Under the pieces are notes generated by a model. The model saw nothing but the letters and a program-made list of their open reading frames with translations, was not told where the DNA came from and did no database searches. Made by a program: the position numbers and the translations under genes. Positions 18,198-25,312 of a DNA stretch of 59,664 nucleotides are shown here, in pieces. Origin of the DNA: Kiritimatiellia bacterium (GTDB taxonomy: Bacteria > Verrucomicrobiota > Kiritimatiellia > RFP12 > UBA1067); NCBI GenBank assembly GCA_016284515.1, contig JAEEOY010000088.1:1-59664 (forward strand), given 5' to 3'. Within the stretch, counting starts at the first letter, position 1. Every line of letters begins with the position of its first letter.

Positions 18198-18434
18198 GAC
18201 AGGATTAACATGATTAACAGGATTTTAGCATGGAGAACAGGAGATACAGAAGATAGGGTTTTTGGCATGGAGAACAGGGGAAGCAGGAGGAAAACTGGGG
18301 TTGCCGCACCCTGCATTGACCCGCCTGCGGCGCTCGCTTCGCTCGGGGGATACCCAGCCCCCGCCGAAGGCGGACCTAAACTCTCCTGCATCTCTTGCTC
18401 TACCTGCTTAAAAAACAATCCTGTAAAACCTGTC
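18198..18434. repeat. Family A element with nested CAGGAG/CTCCTGC inverted arms
   Basis: Outer A arms; inner arms acaggaga.../ctcctgcatctcttgctctacctgcttaaa; near-identical to 19409-19607 apart from a ~40-bp insert. Confidence 0.92.
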
Positions 18435-18459
18435 TAAACAAAGACAAGGAGAAAGTGAA

Positions 18460-19311
18460 ATGAAACGAGTGATGGTTATGCTTGTGATTGTTGTGACCTG
18501 TCTGGCACAGCAGGGGTGTTATACGACCGTTGATCGCAAATGGCAATATTATGCATCAACAAAGTGGCTTTGGGAGAAGCGTCAATCTGGGCCTGGTGCC
18601 TGGTTTCCTGAAGTGCAGACCACTGGCGAGGGTATGTATCTTGTGGGATGTTTCATACCTGTGGTTGGCTGGGTTACGCTTTGCCCCGCTGGATTAGCGT
18701 TAGGTGTTGTTGAACGGTGTGTCGTAGCACCTGTGTTTGACACTGTTTGCCTTCCCATTGACTACATCAACAATGTGAATTATCGGATTGATGAAAAGCA
18801 CTTTAAGATTTTCGAGGACCGTCTTGATTCCGATTTGGATGCTGTTCTTGCGGATTCAATGTATTGGTCAGATCGGACAGATGACAAGTTCTGCTATTTG
18901 AGTCGGTGGCTTTCGCAAAACGGAGATAAGGTTGAATTGACGTCGAAACGTGTATCTGCGATACTATCACTTCTTGGGTGGTATGCAAAAGAAAGGAGGT
19001 GCCTGGATGATGAAATGTGGTCAATTTACCTGGAGATATTGAGGGTTATATACTACGATAAATCCTGCGAACGTGAAACGCTGACGGCATTGGCGAATTG
19101 GTTTGTTGAAATGAAGAATTCCACCAGAGTGTATGTGGATAGTTTTTTCCATGCTGGAATTTATCTCAGTCGTGAGGACTGGGTGAAGTTCACTGATGAA
19201 CAGTTGAAGGTTCTTCTGGATGCCGATATCATGAGTCTGGAGATAACGAGAGTTCTCAAGATACGCCAGGAAAAACGCGAAAAGGAAGCCAATGGGCAAA
19301 CCGTGGACTGA
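18460..19311 (+). CDS. Putative lipoprotein (N-terminus weakly YceK/YidQ-like), low GC
   Basis: Lipobox-like LAQQGC; PVFDTVCLPIDY; 23/60 G+C in line 18781-18840. Confidence 0.65.
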   Translation: MKRVMVMLVIVVTCLAQQGCYTTVDRKWQYYASTKWLWEKRQSGPGAWFPEVQTTGEGMYLVGCFIPVVGWVTLCPAGLALGVVERCVVAPVFDTVCLPIDYINNVNYRIDEKHFKIFEDRLDSDLDAVLADSMYWSDRTDDKFCYLSRWLSQNGDKVELTSKRVSAILSLLGWYAKERRCLDDEMWSIYLEILRVIYYDKSCERETLTALANWFVEMKNSTRVYVDSFFHAGIYLSREDWVKFTDEQLKVLLDADIMSLEITRVLKIRQEKREKEANGQTVD

Positions 19312-19408
19312 AGACTTCAAGTGTGAGTCAAAGTGCAAAAAGAGGAAAGGAGCAAACTTATGAATATGCGAAGAGGATTTGCTGCAGCTGCCGCGGGAAG
19401 GTTTTTTA

Positions 19409-19607
19409 GACAGGATTAACATGATTAACAGGATTTTTGCATGGAGAACAGGAGATGCAGAAGATGGTTTTTGGCTTGGAGAACAGGAGAGGCAGGAGGA
19501 AGACTGGGGTAGCCATCCCAGACCCCGCCGAAGGCGGACCTAAACTCTCCTGCATCTCCTGCTCTACCTGCTTAAAAAACAATCTTGTCAATCCTGTAAA
19601 TCCTGTC
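19409..19607. repeat. Family A element with nested CAGGAG/CTCCTGC arms (second copy)
   Basis: Left arm 19409-19435; right arm 19581-19607 followed by TAAAAAA. Confidence 0.95.
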
Positions 19608-19646
19608 TAAAAAAACAACTGGAACGAATTTCAAGGAGGAACAACA

Positions 19647-22085
19647 ATGAAAAGAATGATGTTTGCAGCTATGGTCGCCGCGGCGGCGTTTGCGCCGCTT
19701 GCGGGGCGGGCGGATGAGAGCCGCCTCAACCTCTGGCCGCTTGTCGGCTACGAAGATGGCGCGCTGGACGTCATCTGGCCGCTCGGACACTTCAAGGATT
19801 CGGACGAGTGGCGGTTCTTCCCCGTCATCATGGACCACGACCTCTTCTGCGTCTTCCCCGAGTTCTGGTTCATGGACGACGGTTTCGCCGTCCTGCCGTT
19901 CTACGCGAAGTACGACTTCAGGGAGGGCACGCTCTTCCCCGTGCTCTGGTGGGACCTCGCGGGCTCCGACAAGATGCACAGCGTCTTCCCGCTCTACTAC
20001 TACCATGGGCGCGAGAATGCGACGACCTTCTGGGCGGGCTGCGGACTTGCGGGCTACAAGCGCTACAACGACGAGACTTCCCACTGGCTTCTGCCGCTCT
20101 ACATGCGCACGGGGAGCGGATTCTACTCCATCCCGTACTCAAGGACGTCTCATTCCACGAGCAGGGACGAGGCGTATCTCTGCGGCTTCGCGGGGCGGAA
20201 GACCGCCCAGGACGGCACGACGTACGCGCACTGGTGCTTTCCGCTCTGGCACAAGGACCAGAACAGCTTCACTTCGCTGCCGTACCACCGCGAATGGGAC
20301 GACAAGGGGGAGACGACGTCATGGCTCTCCGTCCTTGCGCTCTCCGGCGGCTGGCGGGACCGTCCCTACTGGAAGGAGCGCTATCTCCTCGGCCTCGCCG
20401 GACGCAACAGGAACGACAAGAACGGATACAGCGACTCCTGGCTCGCGCCGTTCTACTACGCGGACAACCAGGGCACGCTCGTCACGCCCGTCTACGGTCA
20501 GGCCAAGACGGCGAAGTGGGGGCTTCCCGGGTGGTACACGGACGACCATACGTTCGCCTCTCCGCTCTGGTATAGCCATACGGACGACCAGAACCGCCTC
20601 GACCAGTGGATGGTTCCGCTCCTCCTGTCGGGCGGCGTCTACCGCGACGGCGTGCGCCGAAACGGCTTTCTCCTGAACGTCGCGGGCTGGATGTCGGGCG
20701 ACGACGGCTATTTCGCCTCGTGGTGCATGCCGCTCTACTTCAAGGACAGCGAGGGCACGTTCATCACGCCGCTCTACGGACGCAACAAGTCCTCGCAGTG
20801 GTGCTTCCCGCTCTGGTACAACGACGAGCGGTCGCTGTATTCCCTCCTCTGGTGCCAGAGGAAGGACGAAGCGGGCGAGCTCGAGTCGTGGGTGGCGCCG
20901 CTTCTCCTATCCGGCGGAAGGACGAAAAGCGACGGTACGCGCGAATCGGACATCCTCCTCGGACTCGGCGGCGCGACGTGGGGCGGCAAGGACGGCCTGC
21001 GCTCGAGCTGGGCGTTTCCGTTCTACTACGAGAACAGCGCGGGCGCGTTCGTGACGCCGCTCGGCGGCTGGAACCGGGACTCGAGCTGGATTCTGCCGCT
21101 TTTCTACACCGACAAGGAAGCCTTCGTCTCGCTCCCGTACATGCATGGCCGCAGCGAGTCCAAGAAGTCGGACACCTATGTCGTGCCGCCGCTTCTCTCG
21201 GGCTACACGAAGCACGACGACGGCCGCACGGACCTGTGCGCGCTCGTCCTGTACGGACACAGCCGCGGTGCGCAGGGCGAGACGCGCTACGACTACCTGC
21301 TGCCGCTCTACCACTACAACGGCGAGACGGGCGACTTCATCTCGCTCCCCTACGGCCGCGACGTGCGGGGCTCCTATACCAACACCTGGTGGGCGACGCC
21401 GCTCGTGGGCTTGCGCTCCGGGTCGAAGACGGGCGGCTGGCTGTTTCCGCTCTTAAACCGCCGGAAGGACGCCTCCTTCGACAAGGACCTTGCGCGGATG
21501 GATTCGCCTACGATCCCGGACGACATCACGTTCTCGGATCAGGTGAAGTGCTGGACGAACGGCGAGGGGAGGGTGTGCTTCCGCACGAACTGCATTGCCT
21601 CGGCCCGGATCGACTCCGAGGCGCGCGGCTCGGTGCTGCTGGCGTCCGACCACGACCATTGGGTCTATAGCGGCGTCTCCTGCGGGGAGAAGGAGTATAC
21701 GCTGCACGAGGGCTCCAAGCAGGGCAACCGCATTTTCTTCAACAGCGAGTCCTCGCGTACGGTGACGTACGACATCCCTTCGCGCCGGAAGAAGGGCGAG
21801 AGGTCCGACTCCGAGACGATGGCGCTCTGCGGACTCTTCTACAGCGAGCACAGGGAAGACTCGATGAAGGGTACGTCGCATACGCATACGCGCGTCCTCT
21901 GGAAGCTCTGGGACCGCGAGGAGCGCGACGGCAACGTGACGGTCGATGCCTTCCCGGGCTTCACCTACGACTCGAAGAAGAACGGCTATTCGAAGACCTC
22001 GTTCCTCTGGCGGTTCTTCCGCTACGAGAACGATCCCGAGAAGGGGAAGAAAGTCGACCTCTTCTTCATCCCCGTGTGGAGGTGA
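19647..22085 (+). CDS. Secreted aromatic-rich repeat protein of unknown function
   Basis: Signal peptide; recurrent W/F-x-x-P-L/F-Y motifs, e.g. SWLAPFYYADNQGTLVTPVYG, SWCMPLYFKDSEGTFITPLYG, SWAFPFYYENSAGAFVTPLGG. Confidence 0.85.
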   Translation: MKRMMFAAMVAAAAFAPLAGRADESRLNLWPLVGYEDGALDVIWPLGHFKDSDEWRFFPVIMDHDLFCVFPEFWFMDDGFAVLPFYAKYDFREGTLFPVLWWDLAGSDKMHSVFPLYYYHGRENATTFWAGCGLAGYKRYNDETSHWLLPLYMRTGSGFYSIPYSRTSHSTSRDEAYLCGFAGRKTAQDGTTYAHWCFPLWHKDQNSFTSLPYHREWDDKGETTSWLSVLALSGGWRDRPYWKERYLLGLAGRNRNDKNGYSDSWLAPFYYADNQGTLVTPVYGQAKTAKWGLPGWYTDDHTFASPLWYSHTDDQNRLDQWMVPLLLSGGVYRDGVRRNGFLLNVAGWMSGDDGYFASWCMPLYFKDSEGTFITPLYGRNKSSQWCFPLWYNDERSLYSLLWCQRKDEAGELESWVAPLLLSGGRTKSDGTRESDILLGLGGATWGGKDGLRSSWAFPFYYENSAGAFVTPLGGWNRDSSWILPLFYTDKEAFVSLPYMHGRSESKKSDTYVVPPLLSGYTKHDDGRTDLCALVLYGHSRGAQGETRYDYLLPLYHYNGETGDFISLPYGRDVRGSYTNTWWATPLVGLRSGSKTGGWLFPLLNRRKDASFDKDLARMDSPTIPDDITFSDQVKCWTNGEGRVCFRTNCIASARIDSEARGSVLLASDHDHWVYSGVSCGEKEYTLHEGSKQGNRIFFNSESSRTVTYDIPSRRKKGERSDSETMALCGLFYSEHREDSMKGTSHTHTRVLWKLWDREERDGNVTVDAFPGFTYDSKKNGYSKTSFLWRFFRYENDPEKGKKVDLFFIPVWR

Positions 22086-22105
22086 CAGCAAAGGAAAATG
22101 TGAAA

Positions 22106-22217
22106 ATGTGCAATTATCCAATATCCAGTATCCATTATCCAATATGCTGTATCCAGTATCCGATGATGGCGGAGAGATGTTGAGTATTGGCTATTGGATA
22201 TTGGATATTTGCACATT
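22106..22217. repeat. Inverted 7-mer (TATCCAN / TATTGGA) hairpin element, empty
   Basis: aatgtgcaa + tatccaa tatccag tatccat tatccaa ... tattgga tattgga tatt + tgcacatt. Confidence 0.85.
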
Positions 22218-22274
22218 GAACAAAAGATATTTGCACATTAAACAAAAATAGAACAACCTAAACAAAGGAGTGAA

Positions 22275-23174
22275 ATGACAATGGCTATAATGGCGGCGAC
22301 GGTGTGGTTCATCCCCGGGTGGCTCCGTTCGGAGAAGCCCGCGGACGGCGTCCTGGAGTGCGTCTCGAACGCATTCCCGACGGCGCAGGTCGAGTTCAAG
22401 GCGTGGGACGGCGACAACGTCGTCTGGCCGCTCTCGGTCGATTCGGCGGACAAGGAGTCGTGGCGCTTCGCGTTCGAGATCGCGATGATGCCGAAGGAGG
22501 AGCGCGAGTCGCTCACGCTTATCGGACACTCCCTCGGTGGACGCATCATCGCGCGCATCCTCGCGCGCCTCGAAGAGCACGGAATGAAGATACGCCAGGC
22601 GATACTTATGGGCGCGGCGATTCCGTCCGACGACCCCGACCTCGAGAAGATGGGCCGCGCAAGCGCGCTCCCGGTTCTTGCCGTGTGCAATCCGGACGAC
22701 GTCGTGCTGCGGTACGTCTACACGATGGTTGGCGCCGTGGTGGGCGGGGAGAAGGCGACGGCGTTCGGGGCGAACGGAACGCTGAGCCCGTGCGAGAACG
22801 TGGTCGAGTGCGTGACTCCGACGAACATAACTCGCCAGGTCGAGATTGGCGAGAAGTGGGCGAAGGTTTCCGCGTTGAAGGACATCGCAAACCACCACGA
22901 GAAGTTCTACATCGGATACGCCAAGCGCCTTCTCGACGGCGAGGAGCCGACGGGCAAGGTGATGGTTCCGCAGGGCTTCCCCGGCGTAGAGGGGCATGTA
23001 ATGGATTCGATGGTCTGGTGGGACGTCCTCGATTCGTCGGGCGGATGGAAGCTCGAGAAGAATAAGGTGACGGGCCACTGCCGGATCATAGACCCAGACA
23101 AGCTTCGCACTGCCTGGGGCCGCGAGGCGGAGATGCGCTCGGCGTTTGAGAAGGTGAAACAACAATTGAAGTAA
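22275..23174 (+). CDS. Alpha/beta hydrolase (DUF726-like) with a small C-terminal domain
   Basis: Nucleophile elbow GHSLGGR; ILMGAAI; NPDDVVLRYVY; C-terminal WWDVL...GWKLEKNKVTGHCRIID. Confidence 0.75.
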   Translation: MTMAIMAATVWFIPGWLRSEKPADGVLECVSNAFPTAQVEFKAWDGDNVVWPLSVDSADKESWRFAFEIAMMPKEERESLTLIGHSLGGRIIARILARLEEHGMKIRQAILMGAAIPSDDPDLEKMGRASALPVLAVCNPDDVVLRYVYTMVGAVVGGEKATAFGANGTLSPCENVVECVTPTNITRQVEIGEKWAKVSALKDIANHHEKFYIGYAKRLLDGEEPTGKVMVPQGFPGVEGHVMDSMVWWDVLDSSGGWKLEKNKVTGHCRIIDPDKLRTAWGREAEMRSAFEKVKQQLK

Positions 23175-23191
23175 TATTAGGAGGTAAAGTT

Positions 23192-25261
23192 ATGGGAATA
23201 GTAGTGATTGGCGTATTGGCCGTGCTCAGCGTTCCGATCATGCTGATTGTGGCTCTCGTTAAGCTGTCCTGGATAGAAGACCAGCTGTCGTCGCTCTGCA
23301 AGAAGATCGAGATAGCCGATGTCTCCAGAAATCTCAAGTCCGTGCCAAAGCCGGCCGCGCCGGTAAAAGACAATGCGGAGGAAACCGAAATGAAGAATCG
23401 AATTGAGAAGCAGGAAATGACTGGGGGAAGCGGCGTCTCGCCGCTTCAGGAAAGAGGAAATGTCATTGTTGTAGAGAAGCGCCGGGACGGCGCTTCCCCC
23501 AGTCAGGAAGAGGATGTTTACGAGAAGCGCCGGGACGGCGCTTCCCCCAGTCAGGAAGAGGATGTTTACGAGAAGCGGCGGGACGGCGCTTCCCCCAGTC
23601 AGAATGACGATTCATATGAGCCGACGGCGCTCGACATCTTCTGGATGCGCGTCGAGGACTGGTTCGCCGTGCGCGGCGACTTCGCGCCGAAGGGGATGAC
23701 GCACGAATTCGCCTTCGCGACGCGCTGGCTCGTGCGCGTAGGCGTGGCGCTGATCGTTGGCGCGATCATCTACTTCGTGAAGCTGTCGATCGACCGCGGA
23801 TGGATGGGTCCGACGGGACGCGTCGTCGCGACGCTCGCCTGTGGCGCGGCATTCAGCGTCGGCGGCTCGTGGCTCGTGAAGAAGGAGAGGTACTCGCTTC
23901 TCGGACACGCCATCGCCGCGCTCGGAGTCGTTGCGCTGTACCTCGGTTTCGGACTCGGACACCGCTTCTTCGATCCACCCGTGATCGCGTCGCCCGTGAT
24001 CGCGTTCTGCGCGCTCGCGGCGGTGACGTTCTGCGCAGGCGTGATGTCCGTCTACCTCCGTTCGCCCTACATCGCGGTGATGGGACTCGTCGGCGGATAT
24101 CTCGTCCCGGTGATCGCAGGTCGCGACAGCGGATTCCCGCTCTGGTTGGATGCGTATCTCCTCGTCCTGAACCTCGGCGCGTTCTACGTCGCGCGGATGC
24201 GCAGGTGGTCCGCGCTCGACTTCCTCGCGTCGATGCTTGCGTTCGCGATGTGCTGCATCTGGGGCGCGCGGCATCCGGAATTCGGCGGACGCGCCGCAGT
24301 GCTCGTCAACTTCGCGTTCCTCTCGGCCGTCCACGCGCTCTACATGACGAGCGTCATGGTCGGCTCGAGGATGCGCAGCGAGTCCGAGGACGCCATCGCG
24401 TGGGCCGGGCTCTCCGTCAACGCATGCTGCTATTTCGGATGGCTCGCGTGGGTCTTCCGCGCCGGATTCGCCGACCGCGCTACGGGGGTTGTGCTGCTCG
24501 CGCTCGTCGCCGCGTATTTTGCCGTCGCGTATCTCGCGACAAAGCGCGGTTGGGCGGACCGCGCGACCGTTGGCATACTCGTGGTCTTCGCGCTTACGTA
24601 TCTGTCCATCGTGCCGCTCCTGCTGTTCAGCCGTCCGTGGTGCGTCGTCTCTTGGTCCGTCCTCGCCGTCGCGACGGCGGAGGCCGAGTCGCGCAGCCGT
24701 CAGCGCATTCTCGGCATCGCCTCGTTTCTGCTTCTCGCGGCCGCGGCGTGGTCGGGCATTCTTTACTACGCGCCCCTCGCGTACTGCCAGCGCTCGGTCT
24801 ATGCGCTGACGGCGCTTTCCGGAGGGGAGTATTTCGTCGAGTTCGCGCTGCGGCTCGTGCGGCTCTGGACTCTTCCCGCGGCGGCCGTGTTTGTCGCGCG
24901 GCGACTCAGGGTCGACGCGCTTGCCATCGCCGCGCTCATCGTCGCGTTCCTATTCTTCACGGGGGAGGCGCGCAACTTCGGATACGTCTTCTTCCCGTCG
25001 CTCAAGACGGGTATGGTGTCCGTCGCGTGGCTGATTGCCGCGTTCGGCGGACTCTGGGCGGGCATCGTCTTCCGCAGCCGCCTGTCGCGCATCTGTTCGC
25101 TCTCGCTTCTCGGCGTCTCCGTCGCTAAGGTGCTCGTCATCGACACCGCGCACCTCACGACTCCGGTCCGCGTCGCGCTCTTCGCGCTCTCCGGCGTCCT
25201 CCTCATCGTCGGCGCGTTCCTCTACATGAAGTTCAGGGAAAGGTTCGAAGACAATGCGTAA
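23192..25261 (+). CDS. DUF2339 family multi-pass membrane protein
   Basis: EFAFATRWLVRVG, IYFVKLSID, GWMGPTGRV; C-terminal KVLVIDTAHL...RVALF; REP-derived linker. Confidence 0.85.
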   Translation: MGIVVIGVLAVLSVPIMLIVALVKLSWIEDQLSSLCKKIEIADVSRNLKSVPKPAAPVKDNAEETEMKNRIEKQEMTGGSGVSPLQERGNVIVVEKRRDGASPSQEEDVYEKRRDGASPSQEEDVYEKRRDGASPSQNDDSYEPTALDIFWMRVEDWFAVRGDFAPKGMTHEFAFATRWLVRVGVALIVGAIIYFVKLSIDRGWMGPTGRVVATLACGAAFSVGGSWLVKKERYSLLGHAIAALGVVALYLGFGLGHRFFDPPVIASPVIAFCALAAVTFCAGVMSVYLRSPYIAVMGLVGGYLVPVIAGRDSGFPLWLDAYLLVLNLGAFYVARMRRWSALDFLASMLAFAMCCIWGARHPEFGGRAAVLVNFAFLSAVHALYMTSVMVGSRMRSESEDAIAWAGLSVNACCYFGWLAWVFRAGFADRATGVVLLALVAAYFAVAYLATKRGWADRATVGILVVFALTYLSIVPLLLFSRPWCVVSWSVLAVATAEAESRSRQRILGIASFLLLAAAAWSGILYYAPLAYCQRSVYALTALSGGEYFVEFALRLVRLWTLPAAAVFVARRLRVDALAIAALIVAFLFFTGEARNFGYVFFPSLKTGMVSVAWLIAAFGGLWAGIVFRSRLSRICSLSLLGVSVAKVLVIDTAHLTTPVRVALFALSGVLLIVGAFLYMKFRERFEDNA
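23419..23600. repeat. Four 29-bp REP-like palindromes in frame within the DUF2339 gene (1 forward, 3 reverse at a 48-bp period)
   Basis: GACTGGGGGAAGCGGCGTCTCGCCGCTTC at 23419; reverse-type copies at 23476, 23524, 23572; identical intergenic copy at 59454-59482. Confidence 0.93.
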
Positions 25262-25312
25262 AAATCCAATCTTTGCGCACTTCCGCCACGATATATGATA
25301 TAATTACCTAAT

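Noticed and set aside
17946-18437. 163-aa ORF spanning the small membrane gene and the nested A element
   Set aside because: The 5' half is an alternative frame of the 67-aa gene and the 3' half is repeat-encoded. Only the RBS-led 88-aa portion is kept as a candidate mini-ORF.
15313-19610. Diversity-generating retroelement or retron
   Set aside because: No reverse transcriptase, and repeat differences are not adenine-specific.
13279-23174. Classical integron with attC sites
   Set aside because: No IntI tyrosine recombinase is present. The hairpins lack the paired RYYYAAC/GTTRRRY cores (only one C copy has a GTTAAAC end), and stop codons fall at the 3' end of the hairpin rather than in the 5' core.
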